From the NCBI GenBank assembly GCA_029288805.1, contig JARIGO010000008.1, positions 3,894 to 67,893 on the forward strand: DNA of 64,000 nt, read 5' to 3'. The notes under the pieces were generated by a model. It saw only the letters and a program-made list of their open reading frames with translations. It made no database searches and was not told the origin of the DNA. Numbering within the stretch: the first letter of the stretch is position 1; every line of letters starts with the position of its first letter. The translations under genes and the position numbers were made by a program. Of the stretch, positions 47,334 to 57,828 are shown piece after piece. The DNA is from Candidatus Nomurabacteria bacterium (GTDB taxonomy: Bacteria; Patescibacteriota; Minisyncoccia; Phycocordibacterales; UBA9973).

Positions 47334-48431
47334 TTACCACAAATTAATGCGCAAAATCTTTTCAACAACAGGGATAAGAAGACCGTAATCAGACGTGCCA
47401 CCCGTAATAGTATGCGTTGGGTCAAAAGGGTTTCCTACAGTAGCCTTTGCTTTCACAATTGAACCATCAATCATTACGCCTTGAGGAGCACTCCAGTTCA
47501 AAACGCCGTATGGACCTGACGGTATAGCAGAGTCGCGTTCAGAGTCGTCGCCAGGAGTCTTTAGTCCTGTGTCGTGAATGCTTGTAAGATGGTTTTCCAT
47601 AGATGGTGAATCACCGAAATAGAGGAATGTCAGGCTGTCTTGTGCAGGGTCAACGGTGCTACTTGTACCCCATAATGTGGCAATGCTGCTTGGCACACTT
47701 GTTCCCCATGACATCCAAAACGGCGTACTAAGATGTTCATTAAGCTGCGGGATGCCCGTGGCTGCAACCATTGGAAGCTTTACTTCACAATAGTTATAGA
47801 GTTCGGTTGCCTGATCTGCCTTTACAGCAAAAGCGTCATGGTTTGCTATTTCAGTCTGTACGTCAGCGTCCGTATGAAGTGTCTGGGCTATAGTATAAAA
47901 GCGATTTTGCAATTCATTGAGTTCAGCAATTTCATCAGGAGTGAATTGAATCGTAGTGTCTTCGTCGCTGCATACTGGAGTAGGTGACCCTGATGATACA
48001 CTCGGATTGCCTCCTGTGTCGGAAGATGAAGGGTTTCCGCTTGATCCGATGTCTGATCCTGGATTCCCTCCTACTATAGACCCTCCTAAGCCATTACCAA
48101 GGCTGATGCCGCCCGGAGTAATGCTGCCGTTAGTGAAATTACTTACTTGAATATTGTTGTCGAGTGCGGCATTAGGATTACCCCCTATTCCACCTACTCC
48201 GGCATTTCCGTTGTTGTTCGTACCAGTACCCGTCCCTGTAAATGCTGACGTGTTTTCTCCAGGAACTGTCTGTGCGGGGTTGGCCTTGGTCCCAAGACCA
48301 AGAAATTGTTTGAACGAAAGCGGCGTCTGTCCAGATTTCTGAGCCTTGCTGCGTCCAATAAACCAAATAATCAAGAGGGTTAGTGCGAATGCCGCGAGCA
48401 GTATAAGGATGATTTTAAATACTTTCTTCAT
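47334..48431 (-). CDS. Membrane-anchored Gly/Ser/Asn-rich hypothetical protein
   Basis: N-terminal TM, low-complexity linker, folded C-domain with Cys pair. Confidence 0.7.
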   Translation of the reverse strand: MKKVFKIILILLAAFALTLLIIWFIGRSKAQKSGQTPLSFKQFLGLGTKANPAQTVPGENTSAFTGTGTGTNNNGNAGVGGIGGNPNAALDNNIQVSNFTNGSITPGGISLGNGLGGSIVGGNPGSDIGSSGNPSSSDTGGNPSVSSGSPTPVCSDEDTTIQFTPDEIAELNELQNRFYTIAQTLHTDADVQTEIANHDAFAVKADQATELYNYCEVKLPMVAATGIPQLNEHLSTPFWMSWGTSVPSSIATLWGTSSTVDPAQDSLTFLYFGDSPSMENHLTSIHDTGLKTPGDDSERDSAIPSGPYGVLNWSAPQGVMIDGSIVKAKATVGNPFDPTHTITGGTSDYGLLIPVVEKILRINLW

Positions 48432-48432
48432 A

Positions 48433-50793
48433 TTACTGTATGTCGTTATTATAGAAGTTCTGAGCCGCGTCTGCTGAATGCTGCACCATCAAGTCTTCCT
48501 CGTTGTGCAATGCGTTGCTATCGTCAGGCTCCTGTTGGGCCTGACCAACGATTTTGCCGGCATTAATTTGATATGCCTGGTTGATGCAAGCCATATTTAC
48601 AGGATCTCCCGCTGCAGCGCGCTGCTTAATGTATCGGGCCTTGGCATTGGCAACAATTGAGTCAACTTGCTCACGAATATTCTCAAGCTGCTCAACGTCA
48701 TTTTGAGTATCAGAAATATTCTGGTCATATGTTTGGTCAATGCTCGCTACGGCCTGGTTGTATCCTGTCAAACTGTCAGTATTTACGTAGGCATCTTGTA
48801 AGAACCCATCCACATACGAAGTGTCTGCGTCCCCTGCTGCGGCCTGCTGAAAACCACTACCAATAAGGCTTCCTTGATAAGTAGTACCGCTAATGCCGGC
48901 AAAGAAAGCGCTGTATTGTCCTACTACAGCCTGATATGCAAGACCGAGCGCACCTTGAATATCTGGTACTGCCACGCCGTCGTCATGGCTTTTTGGGGTA
49001 TAAAATGTTCTCTGTAGTTGTATGCTTTGGCCAGTGATTTTGTCTGAAAAGACTCCTGTGGCCCCCCATAATGATGGTGCTTTTCCGCTATCCGTGAAAA
49101 TTCCCACAATACCACTAAGGAGTGATCCTACAAATGGAATGTCGCCAAGCAATTTTTCAGCCGTTGAAACATCCTTTGGGGGTGCCTGTTGTATTGATCC
49201 GACAAAAGTTTGCCAGTTGCTATCTAGGTTAGTTTGCCAATCAGGATTTGGTCCAGGAATACAATAGTCCAATGCTCCAATGGCTGGAATAATACGTTGC
49301 TCCGCAATCTGTGCATCCTTGGATGCATTAAGGAAGTTGTATTGGGTTTGAATAATGGCATACAGCTGTTGTGGTCTTGATATGTCAAAGTCTCCAGTAT
49401 TGATTCCGCCTGTTGAATCAGATGCGTATCCTAATGCTGAGGCATCACTAGAGCTAAGGTTACCAGAAACAGAGTTATCGCCACTACTGCCAAGACCAGC
49501 AATAGGGGTACTTCCGCTGCTACTGCCTCGCAAGCCTTTTGAAAGAAGGTTGTTTACAAGACTGTCAAAAAAACTACCGAGCACCTCGTTTATTTGATTT
49601 GCTTGTTCAAGCTGTCGGTTAGGAGAAGTAGTAATAGTGTTAACTTGGCTTGCGATGACTGATCCTGGTGTAACAGTCGAGCAGTTTTGAAGACCGTTGA
49701 TGGTATTGTTGTTATTTAGTCCTGCAGAAATTGCGGTCGTGGTGTTTGACGTAGCTGCAGGGGTTGTCGTTTGGGTGCATTTCTTTAGATCAAGAAATCC
49801 GCTGTTTCGCTGAATTTCATTAGATGCGTTTTGCTGAGACTGTGTAATATTGTTACCAAGCTTGTCGCTTGCGTTAAAGAAAGCACCCACAGGGTTATAT
49901 GCGGGATTGAGCAACGCATCCCAACCGCCGTTCGTAAAATCACTTATAAATGAATTGTATGCTTGTGATTGAGGGGTATTGAGTGGAGTATTGAGCAGTC
50001 CGTCTGACCGTCCGGTAATTTGGTATGTCATTGCAGAACGTAATGCGTTACCAAAAATAGGATCAGTCCCCTGCACAGTATTAAGATAACTAGCGATCTG
50101 CTGATTCTTGATACTGTTAAGGTAGCTTCCCACATTTTGAACATAGAGCGGGTTACCGTTAAATCCCGTATTAACCCAGTTCAGTGTTTTGTTGGTAATT
50201 TGAGCCAAGGTGTTTTTTGCCACAGCGTACGCAATACCGTTGAGACACTGAGAGGTCTTATTCATGGCCGTTAACTGAGCCGTTGCCTTTGAATCAGAGG
50301 TCTGTACTGCCCCGCCGCCTAAGCCTAAATAGCTAGAGAGTGATTTACCGACAATCTTAACACTAGTCTTTGCCAAAAGATTTGATGCAGTATTCGCTAA
50401 AAAGCTACCAATGTTTGTACAGCTGGCAATAGCACCCCCGATACCACTAATTGAAATACCTCCATACGTATTTCCGGAGCTAAGATTGACGCTCGGGTTG
50501 AATGTCTGCAGGGTGCTTTTTGCAGCCTGAGCATCTTCGCATTGATTTAGGTTGTTACCAGTAAGTCCTTTGCAAGGACCAGAGTTTGGAGAACCGATAG
50601 TTTGAGAAGGAATGGTTACCGCTACGCAGTTGCCAGCACTATTCATTGTTTGGCCTACCCCGCAGATTTTAGGAAGTGTGTACGTAGGAGTCGGTGTAGT
50701 AATTGTTTGCTGCGCCCAAATAGTAACCGGTAGTGAAAAAAACACTATGTTAAAAATCAAGACGATAGAAATAGCTTTTTTCCAGTAGGACAT
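48433..50793 (-). CDS. Large secreted Cys-containing hypothetical protein of the T4SS-like locus
   Basis: Signal peptide; CLNGIAY...NWVNTGFNGNPLYVQN; GFLDLKKC...CSTVTPG; LDYCIPGP; coiled-coil end. Confidence 0.75.
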   Translation of the reverse strand: MSYWKKAISIVLIFNIVFFSLPVTIWAQQTITTPTPTYTLPKICGVGQTMNSAGNCVAVTIPSQTIGSPNSGPCKGLTGNNLNQCEDAQAAKSTLQTFNPSVNLSSGNTYGGISISGIGGAIASCTNIGSFLANTASNLLAKTSVKIVGKSLSSYLGLGGGAVQTSDSKATAQLTAMNKTSQCLNGIAYAVAKNTLAQITNKTLNWVNTGFNGNPLYVQNVGSYLNSIKNQQIASYLNTVQGTDPIFGNALRSAMTYQITGRSDGLLNTPLNTPQSQAYNSFISDFTNGGWDALLNPAYNPVGAFFNASDKLGNNITQSQQNASNEIQRNSGFLDLKKCTQTTTPAATSNTTTAISAGLNNNNTINGLQNCSTVTPGSVIASQVNTITTSPNRQLEQANQINEVLGSFFDSLVNNLLSKGLRGSSSGSTPIAGLGSSGDNSVSGNLSSSDASALGYASDSTGGINTGDFDISRPQQLYAIIQTQYNFLNASKDAQIAEQRIIPAIGALDYCIPGPNPDWQTNLDSNWQTFVGSIQQAPPKDVSTAEKLLGDIPFVGSLLSGIVGIFTDSGKAPSLWGATGVFSDKITGQSIQLQRTFYTPKSHDDGVAVPDIQGALGLAYQAVVGQYSAFFAGISGTTYQGSLIGSGFQQAAAGDADTSYVDGFLQDAYVNTDSLTGYNQAVASIDQTYDQNISDTQNDVEQLENIREQVDSIVANAKARYIKQRAAAGDPVNMACINQAYQINAGKIVGQAQQEPDDSNALHNEEDLMVQHSADAAQNFYNNDIQ

Positions 50794-50794
50794 G

Positions 50795-51688
50795 TTATGA
50801 CGATAGTATACCGTATTTTACAAGATAATCATGTAGATTATAAAAAGCCTGGCTACCTCTTGAGTTGTATGTCTTGTAGAGTGCCACACCAACAAGCGCC
50901 TCTGTTCCATTGTCGGACATTTGCTGAAGGTATGGGAAGGATGCCGCCATGCCAGCAAAGCCATTGATAATGTCCAAGTCATACTGTGCTACCCCTATCG
51001 GAACATTGATTTTACTGATTTGCTGGGCCATAGCAGTATAGTCAGCGCCCGTTTGGGTAAGTTCCGGAAGTTGGCTGTAGTCTCCTGTTTCCGCAGCATT
51101 AATAATGACGGTAATATCCGCATCGTCTTGATTGTACTTGCCAATAATATCACTAAGATTGTTGTAGTATTTTGTCAGTGAGGTCGAACTGGTTGTAACA
51201 GTGTGAATATCCTTGAGTGAATAAGTATTACTTACTGAGGATACGTTTATAGATGAACCAAGCTGGTTGGCCACGTTTTGCAGTGTTGTGTCGTCGACGT
51301 TGCCATTTTGACTTAGTGCGCTAGTGATGCTGAAAAGTTGTTGGGCCAATGCATCGGTTTCATTGGTCGGCGTCCCGGTTGTGTCATCCGTTACCCCAAG
51401 AGCCAATTTCTTTTCTTTGATAATCTCAGCGTTTGATTTTCCGTTTGTGTAAAGAACTGTTGGATCAAGTCCCCACAGTGTTTCTTCCCAGTCAGGAATA
51501 CCGTTGCCGTTTGAGTCTTTTGAAGTGATATCCCCCACTGTAAGGCTTTTTTGAGTAGTAGCTGTTTTTTTCTTATGAAAAAGATTGCCAAACCATTTAG
51601 TCTGTACTCCTAAGATGATAAGGATAAGTAGTACCACTAACCCTCCGCGAATGAGAAATTGTTTACTAGGACGAAATGATTCAGCCAT
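50795..51688 (-). CDS. Membrane-anchored protein with thrombospondin type 3-like Ca-binding motif
   Basis: TM then DSNGNGIPDWEETLWGLDP. Confidence 0.75.
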   Translation of the reverse strand: MAESFRPSKQFLIRGGLVVLLILIILGVQTKWFGNLFHKKKTATTQKSLTVGDITSKDSNGNGIPDWEETLWGLDPTVLYTNGKSNAEIIKEKKLALGVTDDTTGTPTNETDALAQQLFSITSALSQNGNVDDTTLQNVANQLGSSINVSSVSNTYSLKDIHTVTTSSTSLTKYYNNLSDIIGKYNQDDADITVIINAAETGDYSQLPELTQTGADYTAMAQQISKINVPIGVAQYDLDIINGFAGMAASFPYLQQMSDNGTEALVGVALYKTYNSRGSQAFYNLHDYLVKYGILSS

Positions 51689-51696
51689 AGATGTTT

Positions 51697-52086
51697 TTAT
51701 GACGTACCGTACTTATATGTATCTGTTACAGGGAACGGAGACTCATAGAGATAGCAGGTATAGCTGTCTACCACAGGAGATCCTACGCCCAATATCCAGC
51801 TACCCATTTTGGGAACAGTAACAAAATTTGCCAGTGAGCCATATTTCGGCATCGCATAATATGGAAATGGCGTTTGCACGCTGCCGGGAGCAGTCAGCAT
51901 TGTTAACGGTCCTGTACCAAGGCCGGCACAAGTTACAAGCGGATAAAAGTTGCTTGGGTAAGCTGTTTGAAGCACTTTTCCTCCAAAGCTCCGGTCTGTT
52001 CTTAGGAAAGTCGCTGCATGAGCAGCAAGCGGTATGATCACCAATACAAAGATAATAGCGATACTAATAATAGCGTGTTTCTTCAT
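51697..52086 (-). CDS. Small secreted hypothetical protein
   Basis: Signal peptide MKKHAII...AHA; FGGKV, two Cys; ATG overlaps the rsmA TGA (ATGA). Confidence 0.65.
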   Translation of the reverse strand: MKKHAIISIAIIFVLVIIPLAAHAATFLRTDRSFGGKVLQTAYPSNFYPLVTCAGLGTGPLTMLTAPGSVQTPFPYYAMPKYGSLANFVTVPKMGSWILGVGSPVVDSYTCYLYESPFPVTDTYKYGTS

Positions 52087-52877
52087 TGTTGGTATTGTAG
52101 CACCTGTACCAACTTTTTCCATGTCAAAAGAGTCATGTCTTCTGGCCGGGTTTTTGGATCAATGTCCGATTTTGTTAATGCATCAACAGCTTTTTCTTTG
52201 TCGTTCAGAAATTCTGTAAGACTTCCTCCTATTTGCTTACGTTTTTTACCAAAGACTGATTTCATAACGGCGAAAAAGAGTGCTTCGTTGCAGTCAGCAA
52301 AAAAATCTCGAGAAATTCCTTCAATAGAAAGAATGGCTGAGTCTACTTTTGGAGGCGGATTGAATGCTCCTGCCGGAACTTTGGCAACGATCCTTGGTTT
52401 TCCATATGCTTTTACGGCAATAGAGAGAATACTTTCCTTGTTGTCTCGAGCTACGATACGTTCCGCCACTTCTTTTTGAATCAGCAAAACCATTTGTTCA
52501 GGCTGGCATGAAGTGCTCAGGAACTTTTCTATGATAGCGCCAGTTATATAGTATGGAATATTGGCGATTAGTTTATAGGTTTTATGTTGTAGAAAATTAC
52601 TAGGGTTAAATTCCAGTACGTCTTCTTCCGTCAATGTTAGCTTCCCTGAAGCAATCTCATCTGCAAATTTCTCCTGGAGTACGGGAATAAGTTCGCGATC
52701 TTTTTCTACGGCTATTACTTTTCCTGCACATGTCAAAAGCTCTTCCGTAAGGATGCCTGTCCCGGGTCCGATTTCCAAGACAAGGTCATTGCTCCCCACA
52801 TTTCCCGCTTCGCGAATTTTTACCAAAGCACTTTTTGACGTGAGGAAATGCTGTCCGAGGTGTTTCTTTGCTTTCAT
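52083..52877 (-). CDS. rsmA: 16S rRNA m6,2A dimethyltransferase KsgA
   Basis: KKHLGQHFL, LEIGPGTG, ANIPYYIT, QKEVAER, FNPPPKVDS. Confidence 0.97.
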   Translation of the reverse strand: MKAKKHLGQHFLTSKSALVKIREAGNVGSNDLVLEIGPGTGILTEELLTCAGKVIAVEKDRELIPVLQEKFADEIASGKLTLTEEDVLEFNPSNFLQHKTYKLIANIPYYITGAIIEKFLSTSCQPEQMVLLIQKEVAERIVARDNKESILSIAVKAYGKPRIVAKVPAGAFNPPPKVDSAILSIEGISRDFFADCNEALFFAVMKSVFGKKRKQIGGSLTEFLNDKEKAVDALTKSDIDPKTRPEDMTLLTWKKLVQVLQYQQ

Positions 52878-52894
52878 ATATATAGTGTACCCTA

Positions 52895-54835
52895 TTATAG
52901 GTAGAAGGTTGTGAACCCTGATTCTCCGCTGCGACTCTCCCGTTCTATATATTCATCAGGCACGTCCATCAAAAATTCTGATGGTAGTCTGACATCCCGC
53001 ATACCAAAAATAGTTCGCATGCTTGCATAAGTGAGATAGAGTTTTCTTCGAGCCCGAGTTACTGCCACGTACATGAGACGACGTTCTTCTTCGGCGTCAG
53101 CACCGGTCAGCTTGCTGTCACGTTCATGAGGAAAGAGTCCGTGCTCTAGTCCTGTTACAAAAACAGTTCCAAACTCCAATCCTTTTGATGCATGAATAGT
53201 CATGAGCTTCACGCCAGCATTATTATTTTTTGTGCTACCTAAATCATTTGCCAAGTTGTCTTGGTCGCTCATCAACGTTGCGTCTTCCAATAATTTTTCT
53301 AAGCCTTCACCCCCGTCAAAGTGATCGTATCGCAATGCCAGTGTCACTAGTTCTTCCAAGTTTTCCAATCGCTCCTCTCCGTCAACTTTGTCTTCTTTGT
53401 ATGCGTGCTGCATACCGCTCTCGATAATAATGTATTTGATAGTTTCTGAAACAGAATGAAGCTCTGAATACTCGCGAATGTTTTCTAGCAACTCATAAAA
53501 TTTTGTTACTGATATAAGCGCCTTGCCGCTGAGTGATTCTTTTCCTTCCGCGAAGAGTTTTACAATAGTCACTTTTCCAATACCACGAACAGGCGTGTTG
53601 ATGATGCGTTTTATGTCTACCAGACTGTCAGGATTTTGGGCGGCACGAATATATGAAAGCACGTCCTTCACTTCTTTGCGTTCGAAGAATTTCACACCCA
53701 ATACCTGGTATGGAATGTTGTACGAGAGAAATGCTTCTTCAATGGCGCGCGATTGGAAGTTGGTACGAAACAAAATGGCAATGTCATCCGGAGCTACGCC
53801 GTTATCAAGTTGCTCGACGCAACGCTCCACGATAAATTTCGCTTCATCGTTTTCATCGTATGCGGCGTACACGGAAATCAATTCCCCGTCGGCGTTGTTG
53901 GTGAACAGTTGCTTCGGAGTACGGTAGGTGTTTTTGTTCACGATTTCATTTGCGGCCGCGATGACAGTTTTTGTCGAACGATAATTTTCCTCGAGCAGCA
54001 CAACTGTTGCTTCAGGATAGTCATGTTCGAACTCCAAAATATTTTTGATGTTCGCTCCGCGCCAAGAGTAAATACTTTGGTCCGAGTCACCGACAACGCA
54101 CAAATTTTTTCGATCACCCGCCAATGCTCGAGCGATACGATACTGCACTTCGTTCGTGTCTTGGTACTCATCGATGTGAACATAGTGCCATGTATCGTGA
54201 CACCATGCGCGAGCTGTTTCATTCTCTTCAAGTAGTTTCACAGTTTCCAATAGCAAATCATCAAAGTCCAAACTTTTTTGCTCATGCTTCAAGGCAACAT
54301 ACCGTTTCCAAATTTGTCCGGACATGCGATTGCGAGGATTGCTGTCATTTAACAGCTGATCAGGTGTTAGTAAGTCATTCGCTGAACGACTAATAATACT
54401 GCGGATAGATCGAGGTTCATTCTGTTTTGGATCAAGTCCAAAGTACTGCAGGGACTCCTTGATCAGTGACATGGTGTCTCCGTCATCCAATATGGTGAAA
54501 CGTTTCACACTGCCGTTATACGCTCCGAATTTTCTCAGTAAAAAAACTCCAAGACTATGAAACGTGCTGACAAACGGAATGCTGTCCTCGCGGAGCACAG
54601 CAGGAATGGCTTGAATTTGTGAAATAACACGCTCGCGCATTTCCTTTGCTGCCTTGTTCGTAAACGTTACCGCCAAAATTTCTGAAGGCTTTGTTCCGAT
54701 CTCAATAAGATGGCAGATACGATGAACAATAGTTTTTGTTTTTCCTGCACCTGCGCCGGCCACGATCAATAGCGGTCCTTGTGTTGCTAGTACGGCCTTT
54801 TTTTGCGCGTCATTTAATCCTTCAAGAAATTGCAT
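52895..54835 (-). CDS. pcrA: UvrD/PcrA ATP-dependent DNA helicase
   Basis: LNDAQ, AGAGAGKT, TFTNKAA, DEYQDTN, GDSDQSIYSWRGA, NYRST, HASKGLEF, EERRLMYVAVTRA. Confidence 0.95.
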   Translation of the reverse strand: MQFLEGLNDAQKKAVLATQGPLLIVAGAGAGKTKTIVHRICHLIEIGTKPSEILAVTFTNKAAKEMRERVISQIQAIPAVLREDSIPFVSTFHSLGVFLLRKFGAYNGSVKRFTILDDGDTMSLIKESLQYFGLDPKQNEPRSIRSIISRSANDLLTPDQLLNDSNPRNRMSGQIWKRYVALKHEQKSLDFDDLLLETVKLLEENETARAWCHDTWHYVHIDEYQDTNEVQYRIARALAGDRKNLCVVGDSDQSIYSWRGANIKNILEFEHDYPEATVVLLEENYRSTKTVIAAANEIVNKNTYRTPKQLFTNNADGELISVYAAYDENDEAKFIVERCVEQLDNGVAPDDIAILFRTNFQSRAIEEAFLSYNIPYQVLGVKFFERKEVKDVLSYIRAAQNPDSLVDIKRIINTPVRGIGKVTIVKLFAEGKESLSGKALISVTKFYELLENIREYSELHSVSETIKYIIIESGMQHAYKEDKVDGEERLENLEELVTLALRYDHFDGGEGLEKLLEDATLMSDQDNLANDLGSTKNNNAGVKLMTIHASKGLEFGTVFVTGLEHGLFPHERDSKLTGADAEEERRLMYVAVTRARRKLYLTYASMRTIFGMRDVRLPSEFLMDVPDEYIERESRSGESGFTTFYL

Positions 54836-54852
54836 GCACATAGTGTAACAGA

Positions 54853-54861
54853 TGTGGATAA
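54853..54861. promoter_or_regulatory. Perfect DnaA box in the pcrA promoter region
   Basis: TGTGGATAA 17 nt upstream of the pcrA ATG, next to its TACACT -10. Confidence 0.55.
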
Positions 54862-55101
54862 TAAAAAATGAAATAAAGAAAAACTCAAGAAATAATTAAG
54901 AGCTAGTAAAGAAAATCAGAATGTGAAACAGCCCTTATACTATAAATACGGTTTTGAATTTTTGATTTCACTTCAAAATATACAAAATGTCAAAACATTG
55001 CAACGTATGGTTCTTTTAACAAGAAACTATTGACGAATAATGTGAAACAGTGCAAAAAACAAAAGCCGCTGTATTTCTTGATATCATTACTATCTGTAAC
55101 T

Positions 55102-56283
55102 ATGACAACATTAGATTTACCGAGAAAACGCATTGCGTTTCTCATGATAACAATCGCACTGCTCAGTCTCTCCGCACCTTCTGCACATGCAGCAACCAAG
55201 GCAGCCTCCGCTAAAGCTACGGCGCCCCACAAGAAAACCACCACGACAAAAAAGTCCGCTGCTACCGTCTCAAAGAAAACTACGAAAACGAAAAAAACAA
55301 CCATTACCAATAAGACGCAAGTCAAAGGTGAGGTAATTACTGCTAATAGCATTAAGGTTGTTGGCAATAACACTATTACTACCTACACCGTGAAAAACGG
55401 CGATACTATTTCTGGTATCGCAGCCAAGTTCGATATTTCTACCAACACCATTCGTTGGTCAAACAACCTTACGAGTAAGTCAGCGATTAAACCCGGCCAG
55501 AAGCTCGTCATTCTTCCTACTACTGGCGTAATTTATACCGTGAAAAGTGGCGACACGCTTAGCGGCATTGCGACAAAGTTTGATGCAGATCAAAATGACA
55601 TTTTGAACGCCAACGACCTTGATAGTGCAGACAAAATTAAAAATGGAATGACATTGGAAATTCCAAACGTGGAACCACTTTCAGGTTCAGCGGATGCGGA
55701 TTCAGAACACGACACTACTACTCTTCCAGAAAACGTTTCTCCTATCGCTGTTCCTGCAACACCTGTTACAACGACGCAGACTCCTGCGGTAAGTGCAGTG
55801 GGTACGACAATGGTTGTGACTAATCCTGTTACTACCACCAGTTATGCAATCACTGTAACCCAGCCTTCAGCAAATACTGCATACGCTATTCCTGCCGACG
55901 ACATTCGTGGCTACTATGCGCAGCCTATTTCCGGAAGACTTTCTCAGGGTATACACGATGTGAATGCAGTTGATATCGCAGCGCCAGTTGGTACTACTAT
56001 TCATGCTGCTGCAGATGGAACAGTGATCGTTGCCATGGACAATGATAGTTACAACGGTGGGTACGGTAACTATATGGTGATTTCTCATCCTAACGGAACA
56101 CAAACATTGTATGCGCACCTTTCAAAGGTAACAGTTGCTCTCGGTGAGATGGTGAAACAAGGTGAGCCAGTTGCCCTCTCAGGCGCTACCGGAAAAGTTA
56201 CCGGTGCACACTTGCACTTCGAGGTTCGTGGTGCAACCAATCCATGGGGTTCAGACAAAATCGGAACAACATACTCAATCTAG
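55102..56283 (+). CDS. LysM-domain M23 peptidase
   Basis: Signal peptide, K/T-rich linker, two LysM (YTVKNGDT, YTVKSGDT), HDVNAVD, YAHL, TGAHLHFEV. Confidence 0.9.
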   Translation: MTTLDLPRKRIAFLMITIALLSLSAPSAHAATKAASAKATAPHKKTTTTKKSAATVSKKTTKTKKTTITNKTQVKGEVITANSIKVVGNNTITTYTVKNGDTISGIAAKFDISTNTIRWSNNLTSKSAIKPGQKLVILPTTGVIYTVKSGDTLSGIATKFDADQNDILNANDLDSADKIKNGMTLEIPNVEPLSGSADADSEHDTTTLPENVSPIAVPATPVTTTQTPAVSAVGTTMVVTNPVTTTSYAITVTQPSANTAYAIPADDIRGYYAQPISGRLSQGIHDVNAVDIAAPVGTTIHAAADGTVIVAMDNDSYNGGYGNYMVISHPNGTQTLYAHLSKVTVALGEMVKQGEPVALSGATGKVTGAHLHFEVRGATNPWGSDKIGTTYSI

Positions 56284-57780
56284 CTTAGGGCGATACTGTA
56301 GTGCTTCTAGCACATGACGTTCTTCAATCGTTTCTGAGCCATCAAGATCTGCGATGGTTCGAGAGACTTTGATGGTACGCAGATATGAACGAGGAGATAG
56401 TTTTAATCTCTCAGCGAATTGCTGCAATTGCTTTTTAGCAGAGTCAGTCAGTTTTGTTTTATTGTGAACTTCCTGTGAAGACAGTCTGCTGTTTAATTTC
56501 CTAGCGCGAGCGTACTGAACAGTACGGAGCGCTTTTACTTTTTCCTGAATGGAAGCGCTCTCCTTATATATTCCCGTTTCGTGTAAGGACTCATATTCAA
56601 TATGTTGTACTGGCACCCACAGATCAATGCGATCCATAATTGGACCAGAAAGTTTTTTGTTGTAGCGAGCCAGCTCCATACCTGAACAACTGCATGCCTT
56701 GATAGTACTGCCGCGATATCCGCACGGACAAGGATTCATGGCTGCAAGCAGGATGAACTGCGCGGGGAAGCGTACGCTTCCCCGCGCCCTTGCTACCGTA
56801 ATGCTCCCTTCCTCCAATGGTTCGCGCAAGCTCTCAATAACCCGTCGATCAAATTCAGGAAATTCATCCAGATACAATATTCCTCTATGTGCCAGAGTAA
56901 TGTCACCGGGGCGAATAGTTGAACCTCCTCCTACAACTGCCACATATGATGCGCTGTGATGCGGCGCTCGCAGCGGAGCATTCCCATCAAGCACATCATT
57001 GATCAAGCCGATGCTGGAATAAATAGTAGCTACTTCCAAAAAATGCTCATTGGAAAGTGCTGGCAAGATTCCGTGAAAGGCTTTTGCCAGCATGGTCTTG
57101 CCCGTACCTGGAGGCCCGTACAAAACAATATTATGTCCCCCGCTCGCTGCGATAGTGAGCGCTCGTTTTGCAACAAGCTGGCCTTTCACATCACCAAAAT
57201 CAACTGGTATGTTTTCATGACTGCTAATGCGGAGTGTTGGTGAGACTGTTTCCAGTTGTTTAGATCCAGTGAGATGGTCTACCAAATCTTTCAGTGTTGG
57301 TACGAGAAAAAATGTAATGCCTTCAACTAGCCCCGCCTCTTGTCCATTATCTTTTGGAATATACAGCTCCTCTATTCCCTTCCGTTTTGCCCATTGCGCA
57401 ATAGAAAGTAATCCTCGTATCGGCCGCACGTCGCCATTGAGACCAAGCTCCCCAATAAAAATTTTATTCGTCGTATCAATCGTTAGTGATTCTGTAGCGG
57501 TGAGATATCCTAATGCAATGGCTACGTCAAAATACGAACCCTCTTTTTTAATTTCCGCGGGAGACAGGCTTACTATCACTTTGTGGTTTTCAGCCTTAGG
57601 ATTTTTCTCCAAACTATTTCGCAGCGCACTGATAACTCGTTCTCGAGATTCCTCTACCGCTTTGTCAGCCATGCCTACAATTTGAAACATGTATAGCCCT
57701 CGGCTGATGTCTGTCTCTACTGCCACCCCTACTGCCCCGAGGCCTGTTAGCTGTGCGCTCTGAATAATTGAAAATGCCAT
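56275..57780 (-). CDS. comM: ComM/YifB Mg-chelatase-like AAA+ helicase
   Basis: VEESRERV, GELGLNG, DVKGQ, GPPGTGKT, RAPHHSAS, LDEFPEF, MNPCPCG, RTIADL. Confidence 0.92.
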   Translation of the reverse strand: MAFSIIQSAQLTGLGAVGVAVETDISRGLYMFQIVGMADKAVEESRERVISALRNSLEKNPKAENHKVIVSLSPAEIKKEGSYFDVAIALGYLTATESLTIDTTNKIFIGELGLNGDVRPIRGLLSIAQWAKRKGIEELYIPKDNGQEAGLVEGITFFLVPTLKDLVDHLTGSKQLETVSPTLRISSHENIPVDFGDVKGQLVAKRALTIAASGGHNIVLYGPPGTGKTMLAKAFHGILPALSNEHFLEVATIYSSIGLINDVLDGNAPLRAPHHSASYVAVVGGGSTIRPGDITLAHRGILYLDEFPEFDRRVIESLREPLEEGSITVARARGSVRFPAQFILLAAMNPCPCGYRGSTIKACSCSGMELARYNKKLSGPIMDRIDLWVPVQHIEYESLHETGIYKESASIQEKVKALRTVQYARARKLNSRLSSQEVHNKTKLTDSAKKQLQQFAERLKLSPRSYLRTIKVSRTIADLDGSETIEERHVLEALQYRPKLD

Positions 57781-57828
57781 GCATGTATTATGCACGGCAC
57801 TCTTCAAGAAAATAGTAAGAAATAATAA

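Noticed and set aside
36670-52086. Locus as a conjugative element/ICE
   Set aside because: No relaxase, integrase or boundary repeats in the window; ends overlap rsmA and yidC
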